This document shows, piece after piece, positions 18,537-27,981 of a DNA stretch of 64,000 bases. A model generated the notes under the pieces. The model was not told where the DNA came from, ran no database searches, and was given only the letters and a program-made list of their open reading frames with translations. Positions within the stretch are counted from its first letter, which is position 1; each line of letters opens with the position of its first letter. This DNA is from Candidatus Aminicenantes bacterium (GTDB lineage Bacteria > Acidobacteriota > Aminicenantia > Aminicenantales > Aminicenantaceae): positions 3,299-67,298 of the forward strand of contig JASFPP010000002.1 of the NCBI GenBank assembly GCA_050115915.1. The letters are read 5' to 3'. A program made the translations under genes and the position numbers.

Positions 18537-18941
18537 CTATTTATTATTCTTTTTCAACTCGAAAGTGCCTTCACCGCCTCCCTGGGAAAAATCGCCGCTG
18601 ATCTTGGCTCCAGTCTCATCTAGCATACCGTCGAACTGAGGGTCCCCGCTAACATTGGGATCATCGATACCAAAGGTTATTTTTTTACCCTCGACCTTGA
18701 TGTTTGCAAGCGCCATCCCGTATGCTCCTTGGGAAGGAGAATCGACGGTTCCTATTAGATTACCTTCCTCATCAAGCTTAAAATGACAAACAATTTCGAT
18801 TTCCATTGCTCCGGCAAATACCGCTCCGCTCCAGTCACCAACAAATGCCTTGGAATCCTGAGCCCATAGTGTGCCCGCAATTAGTAGCAGCCCCAGCATC
18901 ATCGTCGGAACTAGATGTTTTAAAGATAATCGTGTTTTCAT
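18537..18941 (-). CDS. Small secreted protein (134 aa), function unknown
   Basis: Signal peptide (MKTRLSLKHLVPTMMLGLLLIAGTLWA), a GGAGG ribosome-binding site and its own sigma-70-like promoter. The all-beta-looking domain (GDWSG...G.L.GTVDSPSQGAYG...F.G.L...G..ISG) resembles N-terminal modules seen on secreted hydrolases. Confidence 0.65.
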   Translation of the reverse strand: MKTRLSLKHLVPTMMLGLLLIAGTLWAQDSKAFVGDWSGAVFAGAMEIEIVCHFKLDEEGNLIGTVDSPSQGAYGMALANIKVEGKKITFGIDDPNVSGDPQFDGMLDETGAKISGDFSQGGGEGTFELKKNNK

Positions 18942-18993
18942 TCATTCCTCCTGCTGAATCGATTTCAAAATGTACGAATAATAAAGCAGCAAA

Positions 18994-19022
18994 AGAATAT
19001 CAAGGAATCAGGTAAGCGTCAA
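18994..19022 (-). promoter_or_regulatory. Sigma-70-like promoter for the 134-aa gene (TTGACG-17-TATTCT)
   Basis: On the minus strand, -35 TTGACG is at 19022-19017 and -10 TATTCT is at 18999-18994, with a 17-nt spacer. Confidence 0.4.
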
Positions 19023-19045
19023 CTAAAAGAGGGAATGAAGGATTA

Positions 19046-19171
19046 TTAATTCTTCAACCCCGCCACCCTCTCCCTCGCATCCTCAACATCAGCTATCTCT
19101 GGATCAGCATCCTTCCAGGGAGAGAGGAATTTCTCGTAAAGCTCTATGACATCCCTTTTAGGAAAGGAAGC
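19046..19171 (-). pseudogene. Remnant of the conserved protein tail (copy 3: ...ELYEKFLSPWKDADPEIADVEDARERVAGLKN*)
   Basis: 41 sense codons bounded upstream by TAA, with no start codon. Lies directly downstream of the SBBP/FG-GAP gene in a different frame. Confidence 0.7.
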
Positions 19172-19229
19172 TTATAAATATGTCCCAAGAAGTAACATCT
19201 CATAATTCTTTTCCCTCTGTGATTCCCTT

Positions 19230-21683
19230 TTATCTAATCCATAATGCCGAAGCACCGAAATCAGCGACTATCTCGTGAGCCCCATCCGGTTCACGATCCA
19301 TAACGATCATACCCTCAGCATCGCTTCCTGCCAGCACATTCCATACACCACCATTATTTGACCACAAGCCTAGCGCACCAAAATCCCCTACCACCTCATC
19401 TTGACTATCTCCATCCGCATCTGCGGCAATCATGTTGTCAGCGTCACTCCCGGACAATGGGGTCCATGCGCCACTATCATATAGCCACAACCCCATCGTA
19501 CCAAAATCGCCTACAACTTCATCCTTGTTATCCCCATCCGTATCTGCGGCAATTATATTCTCAGAATCGGCTCCGGCCAGACTAGTCCATGTGCCAGCGC
19601 CATCATACATCCACAATCCTAAGGTGCCAAAGTCTGCTACGATCTCCCTCGCACTATCACCATCTGTATCTGCTGAAATGATATACTCCGGATCGTTCGA
19701 AGTGAGAAAGCTCCAGCTGTCTCTCCACAACCACAAACCGAGGGCGCCAAAATCAGCGCATATTTCTTCATTTCCATCTCCATTAGTGTCGGTAGAGACT
19801 ATTAGCTCTGGATCATCACCAGTCAAATTCTGCCAAGCCAGTATAAGTTTTGCTATGAAGGCATCCTCGTTTCCTGCATGACTTGCCTGAATGGGTTTCT
19901 TCGTAGGAAAATCGGTGGAATAAGTATATCCTGTCACATAAGTATCGTCTTCGGAGTCTACGGCTATGCCGTATCCAAGATCACGGTAACCAGAACCACC
20001 AAAATAGGTGGAGTACACAAGCGCGCTGCCACCTGGATTTATCTTGGTGATGAATACATCAAATTCTCCTCCTGCATGACTTGCCTGAATGGGTTTCATC
20101 GTAGGAAAATCGAGGGAACCAGTATCTCCTGTCACATAAGCCGCGCCTGAGGAGTCTACAGCTATGCCAATGCCACAATCAGCAGAAGAACCGCCAAGGT
20201 AGGTGGAGTAAACAAGTGCACTTCCAGAGGGATTTATCTTGGTGATGAAGACATCACTTCTTCCTGCCCAACTTGCCTGAATGGGGTTCTGGGTGGGAAA
20301 ATCGCCGGAAGCAGTCATTCCTGTCACATAAGCCGCCCCTGAGGAGTCTACAGCTATGCCCATGGCCCAGTCATCTATAGAACCTCCAAGATAGGTGGAG
20401 TAGACAAGCGCGCTGCCGGCGGGATTTATCTTGGTGATGAAGGCATCATTCCCTACATTACTTGCCTTAATGGGGTTCTGGGTGGGAAAATCGGTGGACT
20501 GAGTCCTTCCTGTCACATAAGCCGCCCCTGAGGAGTCTGCGGCTATACTATAGCCATAATCATCATAAGAACCGCCAAGGTAGGTGGAGTAAACAAGCGC
20601 ACTTCCAGAGGGATTTATCTTGGTGATGAAGACATCATAGTAGGCTCCTCCTGCCTTACTTGCCTGAATGGGGTTCTGGGTGGGAAAATCGGTGGAAGCA
20701 GTATATCCTGTCACATAAGCCGCGCCCAAGCAGTCTACGGCTATACTTTGGCCATTATCACCTGAAGTCCCACCAAGATAAGTGGAGAAGACCAAAACCA
20801 TAGGGTCAATGGTTAATTCATAATTCTCGCTATACTCTTCGACAAAAAATCCATAAATATTATCCCCCACCCTTCTGAATTCCGCGTCAACTTCAATCCG
20901 CTCTCCTGCTATCTCCTGATAGCCTGCTGGTTTTATATGCTTTAACGACCCAAACTCAGTCTCTATTACCAGACTCCCTTCCTCATCTATCTCTGTTCTT
21001 TTAACATCCCTGTATTCAAATCTTATCCCGGAGACTTCTCCACCGGGTCTCACGATAAAATCATACTCTATCTCCTTCTCCACACCATAGACCTTTAAGT
21101 CTATATTCTTGTATAGCCCCCTGTACAAAACGGCCTCGGAAGTTGATAGGCCTGTCTTCCACTTTGACTCCTCGTCTCCTATAAAGTAGTTTACTTTGTA
21201 CTCCGCAATATCGAGAGGAATGACTTCAGTATCCCTCTGAGCATCGAGGAATACCATCCTCGAAACATCTCTCTGGTAATCCGGCGAATGGGCGACTCCC
21301 AAGCTCTGTGATTCCGTATTATCTCTTGCACCGTGTTTCCTTCCTTGCTTTTCCTGCGATACATTTGAGTTTATCTCTTGGCGCTTGTCTTGCTTTATTA
21401 TGCTGTCAAACACTAATCCTTCCTTCGTCAGCCAGAGGGTATATCTCGAAGCCTTCACATAAAAGAGCGCTTCCTCATCCACCTGCCCTTCATTCGGAAT
21501 GAAATACAAAGGGATCTTTCCATAATCAAGACCGTGGTTTAAATTCTGGGATGATTTTTGTGTACTTAGCTGAGTTTGTTTGGGTTGGATTTGATTCTCT
21601 TGCTTATGACTTGTTGCGCCTTGAATAGAACATACAATCAACACCACAAAAAGAAAAGAGATTTTTGAAATAAGTTTTCCCAT
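19230..21683 (-). CDS. Secreted repeat protein: five SBBP-type beta-propeller repeats plus five C-terminal FG-GAP-like DxDGD repeats
   Basis: Signal peptide starting at MGKLISK (GGAGGGG ribosome-binding site). About 65-aa repeats (GSALVYSTYLGGS...GIAVDSSGAAYVTG.T.S.DFPT.NPIQAS). About 43-aa repeats (ADTDGD...E.V.DFG.LGLW). Confidence 0.85.
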   Translation of the reverse strand: MGKLISKISFLFVVLIVCSIQGATSHKQENQIQPKQTQLSTQKSSQNLNHGLDYGKIPLYFIPNEGQVDEEALFYVKASRYTLWLTKEGLVFDSIIKQDKRQEINSNVSQEKQGRKHGARDNTESQSLGVAHSPDYQRDVSRMVFLDAQRDTEVIPLDIAEYKVNYFIGDEESKWKTGLSTSEAVLYRGLYKNIDLKVYGVEKEIEYDFIVRPGGEVSGIRFEYRDVKRTEIDEEGSLVIETEFGSLKHIKPAGYQEIAGERIEVDAEFRRVGDNIYGFFVEEYSENYELTIDPMVLVFSTYLGGTSGDNGQSIAVDCLGAAYVTGYTASTDFPTQNPIQASKAGGAYYDVFITKINPSGSALVYSTYLGGSYDDYGYSIAADSSGAAYVTGRTQSTDFPTQNPIKASNVGNDAFITKINPAGSALVYSTYLGGSIDDWAMGIAVDSSGAAYVTGMTASGDFPTQNPIQASWAGRSDVFITKINPSGSALVYSTYLGGSSADCGIGIAVDSSGAAYVTGDTGSLDFPTMKPIQASHAGGEFDVFITKINPGGSALVYSTYFGGSGYRDLGYGIAVDSEDDTYVTGYTYSTDFPTKKPIQASHAGNEDAFIAKLILAWQNLTGDDPELIVSTDTNGDGNEEICADFGALGLWLWRDSWSFLTSNDPEYIISADTDGDSAREIVADFGTLGLWMYDGAGTWTSLAGADSENIIAADTDGDNKDEVVGDFGTMGLWLYDSGAWTPLSGSDADNMIAADADGDSQDEVVGDFGALGLWSNNGGVWNVLAGSDAEGMIVMDREPDGAHEIVADFGASALWIR

Positions 21684-21850
21684 GTTCCCCTCCGATGTTG
21701 AGAATATAATATAGATCTGTGGGAGGTGAGTCAAACAGAAATCGATAAGCCCGCAAATCCGTGTGGACAATAAGGGGACAAATTGTGTTAAAAAGGCTCA
21801 GTTAAATTAACTCAAGTTAAAACAAAATCAGGCTTTTACAGGGGAAAAGA

Positions 21851-21926
21851 TGGTGGAGCTGATGGGATTTGAACCCACGACCTCTTGACTGCCAGTCAAG
21901 CGTTCTCCCAACTGAACTACAGCCCC
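21851..21926 (-). tRNA. tRNA-Ala (anticodon GGC), CCA encoded
   Basis: The minus strand reads GGGGCTG-TA-GTTC-AGTTGGGA-GAAC-G-CTTGA-CTGGCAG-TCAAG-AGGTC-GTGGG-TTCAAAT-CCCAT-CAGCTCC-A-CCA. This is a full 76-nt cloverleaf with the G3:U70 alanine identity pair. Confidence 0.9.
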
Positions 21927-22218
21927 ACCTGGGGAGTAACATCTTACAGGAAGACGCATTTTCAGTCAACCCATCCAAAAGATTCGGATCGTTCGGCAAC
22001 GGCAGGTGTTTTAGCGGTCAGCTCGGGGAACAGGCAGTACAATTGAATGGCATTAAGCAGACAACTGTGAATAAATGTGGCCTAAAAATTGTATAAAACA
22101 TTGGCAGGTTCGGATATTTTTGAGGTTGTCTCAAATTTTGGAAATTAATTCCGACAAAACCGAAGAGTTTTGTTAACAATTATTACAAATCGTGTTAAAA
22201 TAACAGAGGAAAAGTGTT

Positions 22219-24132
22219 ATGGACAAACCAAGAAAAAAAGGACCGATTAAAACATACAAAAACCTTCTTTTCTGGGTAGCGGCAGGGATCATTATCATCG
22301 TACTCTGGAGTCTCTTCCAGAATCCGGCAGCTGCGAGAAAAGAAGTCCATTTCAGCGAGTTTATGGACCAGGTCGAGAGCGATCAGATCGCAGAGGTCAC
22401 CATCAGCGGGAACCAGATCAAGGGAAAGTATGTGGACAACTCACAGTTCAAATCAGTATCCCCCACCCAGTTCGACGACCTCGTAAAGATCCTCCGCGAG
22501 CATAAAGTGAGCATCATTGTCAAAGACACATCCCGCAGCCCCTGGTTCTCTTACCTGTTCACCTGGTTTCCAATCATCCTCCTCATCCTCTTTTGGGTGT
22601 TTTTCATGCGACAGATGCAGGCGGGCGGAAACAAGGCTATGTCTTTCGGAAAAAGCCGTGCGAAGTTATTCTCCGGCATTCAAAAGAAGGTGACCTTCCA
22701 AGATGTGGCTGGCGTTAAGGAAGCCAAAGAAGAGCTCCAAGAGGTCATCGAATTCCTCAAGGATCCGAAAAGATTCCAAAAACTGGGCGGCCGCATCCCT
22801 AAGGGCGTCCTACTCGTGGGAGCCCCTGGAACAGGAAAAACTCTGCTGGCAAGGGCTGTCGCCGGTGAAGCGGGCGTCCCATTCTTCTCCATCAGCGGCT
22901 CTGATTTTGTGGAGATGTTCGTCGGCGTTGGCGCCTCCCGCGTGAGAGACCTGTTCGACCAAGGAAAAAAGCAGGCCCCTTGTTTGATATTTATCGATGA
23001 GATCGATGCAGTCGGCCGGCAGAGAGGTGCAGGGCTCGGAGGCGGCCATGACGAACGCGAGCAGACCCTCAACCAGTTGCTCGTAGAAATGGATGGATTT
23101 GACTCCAATGAAGGAGTTATCCTCATCGCTGCCACCAACAGACCGGATATCCTGGACACGGCGCTGCTGCGGCCGGGACGGTTCGACCGGAGGATCGTGG
23201 TCAACATGCCCGACGTCAAAGGAAGGGAAGAAATCCTCAAGGTCCATGTGAGGAAGATCCCCTTAGCCAAGGATGTAGACCTCAGAGTTCTTGCCCGGTC
23301 AACACCTGGATTTTCCGGAGCTGACTTGGCAAACCTCGTGAACGAAGCCGCTCTCCTCGGAGCTAGAAACGGCCAGGAAAGTGTCATGATGCAGGACCTG
23401 GAGAGCGCCAAGGACAAAGTCCTCATGGGCGTGGAGCGCAAGAGCATGATCATCAGCGACGAGGAAAAGAAAAGCACAGCCTACCACGAGGCCGGACACG
23501 CTCTCGTGACAGCCCTCATCCCCGAGGCCGATCCCATCCACAAAGTCACCATCATCCCCAGAGGAATGGCTCTGGGTGTGACACAGCAGCTTCCGCTCGA
23601 TGACCGCTACACCTATTCGAAGAAATATCTCGAAGCCCAACTATCGGTCTTGATGGCAGGACGAGTGGCCGAGAACATGTTCCTCGATAAAACAACGACG
23701 GGCGCCGCCAACGATTTCGAGAAGGCGACAGAGATCGCCCGGAAGATGGTCTGTCAGTACGGGATGTCCGACTTGGGGCCGTTGACATTCGGAGAGAGGG
23801 ACGACCTTGTTTTCCTCGGTAAAGACCTCGCCATGCACAAAAACTTCAGCGAAAAAACAGCCGAACGCATCGATGACGAAGTGAAAAAGATCGTCACACG
23901 GAACTTCGACCGGGCCAAAGACCTCGTCGAAAACAACAAGGAAAAACTTATCAAAATCGCCGAGGCTCTCCTCGAGAAGGAAGTCCTTGACTCGGACGAG
24001 ATCGAAGTCATCGTTTATGGAAAAAAGCTGAAAAAAGCAGCCCCTAAGAAAAAGGAATCTCAACCAGAGAAACCCAAAAAAGATTCGAAAAAAGCGAAAA
24101 CTCCAACCAAAGTGGAACCGGTTCAAGCATAA
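22219..24132 (+). CDS. ftsH: ATP-dependent zinc metalloprotease FtsH
   Basis: Two N-terminal TM helices. AAA+ Walker [15 protein letters not shown] region. Zinc motif HEAGHAL. Lys-rich tail. Confidence 0.95.
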   Translation: MDKPRKKGPIKTYKNLLFWVAAGIIIIVLWSLFQNPAAARKEVHFSEFMDQVESDQIAEVTISGNQIKGKYVDNSQFKSVSPTQFDDLVKILREHKVSIIVKDTSRSPWFSYLFTWFPIILLILFWVFFMRQMQAGGNKAMSFGKSRAKLFSGIQKKVTFQDVAGVKEAKEELQEVIEFLKDPKRFQKLGGRIPKGVLLVGAPGTGKTLLARAVAGEAGVPFFSISGSDFVEMFVGVGASRVRDLFDQGKKQAPCLIFIDEIDAVGRQRGAGLGGGHDEREQTLNQLLVEMDGFDSNEGVILIAATNRPDILDTALLRPGRFDRRIVVNMPDVKGREEILKVHVRKIPLAKDVDLRVLARSTPGFSGADLANLVNEAALLGARNGQESVMMQDLESAKDKVLMGVERKSMIISDEEKKSTAYHEAGHALVTALIPEADPIHKVTIIPRGMALGVTQQLPLDDRYTYSKKYLEAQLSVLMAGRVAENMFLDKTTTGAANDFEKATEIARKMVCQYGMSDLGPLTFGERDDLVFLGKDLAMHKNFSEKTAERIDDEVKKIVTRNFDRAKDLVENNKEKLIKIAEALLEKEVLDSDEIEVIVYGKKLKKAAPKKKESQPEKPKKDSKKAKTPTKVEPVQA

Positions 24133-24134
24133 AA

Positions 24135-25037
24135 GTGAGGAAAGAGTATATTCTCCAGGTTAATGACAAGAGTTTTGTTTTGGGCCGTCGCACCTGGATC
24201 ATGGGAATCCTCAACGTCACTCCCGATTCGTTCTCCGATGGCGGCCTCTATTTCGAAACGGATAAAGCGATCGAACACGGATTGCGGCTAATAGCCGAAG
24301 GCGCCGATATCATCGATGTGGGCGGCGAGAGCACTCGGCCCGGTTCGGATCCGGTTTCTGTGGAAGAGGAGATCAGGCGGATCTCACCCGTAATAGCGGG
24401 ATTGAGGAAGCACACACACAGCCTGATTTCCGTGGATACATCCAAATCGGAGGTGGCCCTTGCAGCTATCGCTGAAGGCGCCGATATCATCAACGATATT
24501 TCTGCCCTAAGGAAAGACCCGAAAATGTTTTCTGTGGCGGCACAATCGGGCGCCCCTGTTATCCTCATGCACATGAAGGGCACTCCGAAGACAATGCAGC
24601 ACAATCCGAGCTACGAAAACGCGCTTTTAGAGATCAAGTCCTTCCTCGAAAAAAAAATCGGGCAAGCAGTCGCAAACGGTATAGAGAGGGAAAAGATCAT
24701 CATCGACCCGGGCATAGGATTCGGGAAGAGGTTCGAGGACAACCTGACTTTGATCCGAAACCTCAACGAGTTCGCAGCGCTCGATCAACCCCTCTTAGTA
24801 GGCATATCCAGGAAATCCTTTATAGGGAAGATCCTGGATCTGCCACCCGGAGAAAGAGAAGAGGGAACCCTCGCATCCGCTATTATAAGCGCTATCCAGG
24901 GGGCCCACATATTACGCGTGCACGAAGTGGCGCCGGTCAAAAGAGCGATCCTCGTTGCCGAAACCATCCTTGACGATGCCTGGGTAGCCGGACTGCTTGC
25001 ACACCAAGGGGAATTCAAGAGAAGTCATGTTAACTAA
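24135..25037 (+). CDS. folP: Dihydropteroate synthase
   Basis: GILNVTPDSFSDGG and DIIDVGGESTRPG motifs. GTG start 2 nt after the ftsH stop. Confidence 0.9.
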   Translation: MRKEYILQVNDKSFVLGRRTWIMGILNVTPDSFSDGGLYFETDKAIEHGLRLIAEGADIIDVGGESTRPGSDPVSVEEEIRRISPVIAGLRKHTHSLISVDTSKSEVALAAIAEGADIINDISALRKDPKMFSVAAQSGAPVILMHMKGTPKTMQHNPSYENALLEIKSFLEKKIGQAVANGIEREKIIIDPGIGFGKRFEDNLTLIRNLNEFAALDQPLLVGISRKSFIGKILDLPPGEREEGTLASAIISAIQGAHILRVHEVAPVKRAILVAETILDDAWVAGLLAHQGEFKRSHVN

Positions 25038-25794
25038 CATCATCAATGCCCTCGAACGCTTCACACTCGGTGACTTCCTGGATATTATCCTGATCACGAT
25101 CATCCTGTATTCCTTTTTTCGTCTGATCAAAGACACTAAGGCCTACCAGATGGCCATCGGGATCGCCATAGTCGGCCTCCTCTTTTTTGTCACACGATGG
25201 GGAAGACTGACGGCTTCCCACTGGCTCATCCAGAACTTCATCAACTACTCTATCATCGCAATCATCGTCCTCTTCCAGGGAGAAATCCGGCGGTTCCTGA
25301 CCACGATTGGTTCGCAATCTTTCCGGAAATCCTCTTCCATAAAGGGCTTCCAGGATCGGCTGGAAGATCTCTTTCTTGCGGTTGATTATATGTCTGCAAA
25401 AAAAATCGGAGCTCTGATTGCCATAGAAAAAGAGATTTCGTTGAAGAGTTACGCAGACAGAGGAACAAACATGGACGCCGTTCTCTCCAAAGACTTAGTG
25501 GTGAGCATATTTTTTCCTCATTCGCCGCTCCATGATGGAGCTGTCATCGTCCGGGGGAACAAAATCGTAGCCGCAGGGGCGTTACTCCCTCTGCCGGCGG
25601 TCCACAACCTGGGCGAAGAATTCCAGACGCGCACACGGCATCTGGCTGCACTCGGGCTATCCCAGGAAACGGATGCGGCTGTCATCGTAGTCTCCGAAGA
25701 GGCGGGAACCGTGTCTCTTGCCATAAAGGGAAAATTAAAAAGGGGTTTGGGCAAAGACCAACTCAAAGAAGACTTGATAAAATATTTCAGATAA
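25027..25794 (+). CDS. cdaA: Diadenylate cyclase CdaA (membrane-anchored DAC domain)
   Basis: Three N-terminal TM helices. DAC domain motifs (GALIAIE, HDGAVIV, TRHLAALGLSQETDAAVIVVSEE.G). The ATG at 25027 overlaps the folP end by 11 nt. Confidence 0.85.
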   Translation: MLTNIINALERFTLGDFLDIILITIILYSFFRLIKDTKAYQMAIGIAIVGLLFFVTRWGRLTASHWLIQNFINYSIIAIIVLFQGEIRRFLTTIGSQSFRKSSSIKGFQDRLEDLFLAVDYMSAKKIGALIAIEKEISLKSYADRGTNMDAVLSKDLVVSIFFPHSPLHDGAVIVRGNKIVAAGALLPLPAVHNLGEEFQTRTRHLAALGLSQETDAAVIVVSEEAGTVSLAIKGKLKRGLGKDQLKEDLIKYFR

Positions 25795-26537
25795 TGATTA
25801 TAAAACTTCTCCGCAACGTGTTTTTGAGGAACTGGGGTCTCAAGCTGTTCTCTTTCATCATGGCGCTTATTTTATGGCTGACTTTGATCCCGGAGGACAA
25901 GATGTTCGCGCCTGTAACCGTAGAAGTTCCTCTGGAACTCTACAATATCCCCCCCCATATGGAGCTGGTGGAGAGAGTCCAGCCGACCATCAGGGTGACG
26001 ATCATAGCGCCGAACCGACTCATCCCACAAATATCCGCGGCCAACGTCCATGCAGTGTTAGACCTCTCCAGAGCCAGCATCGACCAGAGACAGTATCCGT
26101 TGAATAAAAACATGGTGAGCATTCCTGCGGGAGCGGAGATCAGAGAGATCTATCCGATGCAAGTGGATATCGAACTCGAACGGGCGAAGGAAATCGTAAT
26201 GTCCGTCGAAGTGAACATTATCGGAGAGCTCCAGGAAGGGCTGATCTTAAAGCTCGTCGAAGTGTCCCCCGCAGAAGTTTTAATCAGGGGGCCTGAGAGT
26301 AAAGTGATCGAAACAGCCAAAGTCCGTACAACCCCCGTTGATATTTCTCTCCTCACCCAATCGACAGAGATCGAAGCGGATCTGATCCTTCCCAATCCCG
26401 ATCTCGAGCTCGTGGATGCTGAAGCAAAAGCCTTGGTCAAACTCCTGATTCAGCAGGAAGTCACCGAAGAGGAAACTGCCGAACAAGAGAAAAAAACGGA
26501 TAAAAACATAGAAAGTAAAGATCAAAACCCCTATTGA
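25794..26537 (+). CDS. cdaR: YbbR-domain protein (CdaR-type regulator of CdaA)
   Basis: N-terminal TM helix followed by YbbR-like repeats. TAATG overlap with cdaA. Conserved cdaA-cdaR-glmM order. Confidence 0.7.
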   Translation: MIIKLLRNVFLRNWGLKLFSFIMALILWLTLIPEDKMFAPVTVEVPLELYNIPPHMELVERVQPTIRVTIIAPNRLIPQISAANVHAVLDLSRASIDQRQYPLNKNMVSIPAGAEIREIYPMQVDIELERAKEIVMSVEVNIIGELQEGLILKLVEVSPAEVLIRGPESKVIETAKVRTTPVDISLLTQSTEIEADLILPNPDLELVDAEAKALVKLLIQQEVTEEETAEQEKKTDKNIESKDQNPY

Positions 26538-26594
26538 ATCATCCCAACATTTCTGTATAATAATTCTTTCTGCAGGAAAGGAAGCATATTCACC

Positions 26595-27932
26595 ATGGAA
26601 AAACTCTTCGGAACGGATGGCATCAGAGCGACTGCCGGTGAATATCCATTGGATTACACATCGATCTGTACTATCGGACATGCGCTTGTCGAACTCTTGA
26701 AGGCAGAAAAACGGCCTCCTCATGTGGTCATCGGGCGAGACACGAGAGAATCAGGACAATGGATCGAGCAGGCCCTTTTTCAGGGAATCAGAGATAGTCA
26801 CGGAGAGGCCGTCTCTATCGGGCTGATCCCCACCTCTGCGGTCTCGTTCCTGACAAATCGACATGGATTCTCCGCAGGCATCATGATCTCTGCATCCCAT
26901 AATCCCTATCAAGATAACGGAATCAAGATATTTTCCGCGCAGGGAACAAAGATCGCAAACGACTGGGAGGAGATCCTGGAGCGAGCCATCATCGAATCCG
27001 CCTACACAGAGCAAAGACGCGACATGACGATCTCCACGGACGATGCTATGAGCCACGACTATGTCAAGTTTCTCAAAAGCCGTTTCGAAGGAGTGGATCT
27101 TCCCCGCCAAATAAAAATCGTCCTCGACTGCTCCAACGGATCGAGTTCCTACATAGCGCCAAAACTCTTTTCTGATCTGGGCTTTGATGTCCTCGCTATA
27201 AGCGCCTCGCCCGATGGCACGAATATCAACAAAGGATGCGGGTCTCTCCACCCGGAAAATCTGGCCAAAACAGTCGTGGAAACGAGGGCAGATATGGGTG
27301 TGGCTTACGATGGAGATGCCGACAGGGCGCTCTGGGTTGACGAGCGAGGACACATCCTGAATGGCGACCACACTCTTTTTGTTCTCGCTCAATTCATGAA
27401 AGACAAGAACCGACTGAAAACAGATAGTGTGGTTGCAACAACTATGAGTAACATGGGCCTGGAAAAAGGCCTCGAAGAGATGGGATTGAAGCTGATCCGG
27501 ACAAAAGTCGGCGACAAGTATGTGCTCGATGAAATGAAGAGGCGCGATGTTAACCTGGGTGGCGAACAATCCGGCCATACGATTTTTCTCGATGATTGCC
27601 CCACGGGAGATGGGATCCTTACGAGCTTGAAGATGCTCGAGGTTATGGCTGTAAAAGACACAACCCTTTCCCGTATGGTTTCGGGCTTTGAAGAATATCC
27701 GCAAATTCTACAGAATGTCCCCGTGTCTAAAAAGCCGGAAATGAAAAACTACCCCAAGATAATGAGTGCCATCCAAGAAGTGGAGAGGCTTCTTGAAGGA
27801 TCCGGCCGCTTGAACGTTCGGTATTCCGGGACAGAGCCTCTGGCCCGCATCATGATCGAAGGGCCTGACCTTAAGCAGATCGAACGATACGCCGATGACC
27901 TGGCAAAGATTATCTCTCATAATCTCAAATGA
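26595..27932 (+). CDS. glmM: Phosphoglucosamine mutase
   Basis: MEKLFGTDGIR start, active-site SASHNP, and GEQSGH sugar-binding loop. 445 aa. Confidence 0.95.
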   Translation: MEKLFGTDGIRATAGEYPLDYTSICTIGHALVELLKAEKRPPHVVIGRDTRESGQWIEQALFQGIRDSHGEAVSIGLIPTSAVSFLTNRHGFSAGIMISASHNPYQDNGIKIFSAQGTKIANDWEEILERAIIESAYTEQRRDMTISTDDAMSHDYVKFLKSRFEGVDLPRQIKIVLDCSNGSSSYIAPKLFSDLGFDVLAISASPDGTNINKGCGSLHPENLAKTVVETRADMGVAYDGDADRALWVDERGHILNGDHTLFVLAQFMKDKNRLKTDSVVATTMSNMGLEKGLEEMGLKLIRTKVGDKYVLDEMKRRDVNLGGEQSGHTIFLDDCPTGDGILTSLKMLEVMAVKDTTLSRMVSGFEEYPQILQNVPVSKKPEMKNYPKIMSAIQEVERLLEGSGRLNVRYSGTEPLARIMIEGPDLKQIERYADDLAKIISHNLK

Positions 27933-27981
27933 CTTGGTGAATTATAAAATTGGGAATTCCATATTTTGAACGGAGGGAAAT

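Noticed and set aside
14655-19171. The three ~80-100-nt repeats following cargo genes as integron attC sites (gene cassettes)
   Set aside because: The partial inverted repeat (CCTCTCCCT / AGGGAGAGG) is present in copies 1 and 3 only and is explained by codons. There are no R'/R'' GTTRRRY core sites and no intI. The differences between copies are mostly synonymous, which argues for a coding origin.
19900-20800. Regularly spaced DNA repeats that might suggest a CRISPR array
   Set aside because: The period is about 190 nt, and the repeats lie inside one long uninterrupted ORF and encode SBBP beta-propeller repeats. There is no short repeat/spacer alternation and no cas genes.
13850-21930. An intact prophage or integrative conjugative element at tRNA-Ala
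   Set aside because: There are no integrase, excisionase, phage structural, replication or conjugation genes anywhere in the segment. Only att-like scars and cargo genes remain.
22680-23477. Long antisense ORFs opposite strongly supported genes (for example 22680-23477, 26751-27704, 30666-31577, 48085-49047, 5703-6380, 49097-49888)
   Set aside because: These are shadow ORFs of conserved genes (ftsH, glmM, M14, class V PLP enzyme, S46, DUF362). They have no ribosome-binding sites, skewed composition and no family resemblance.
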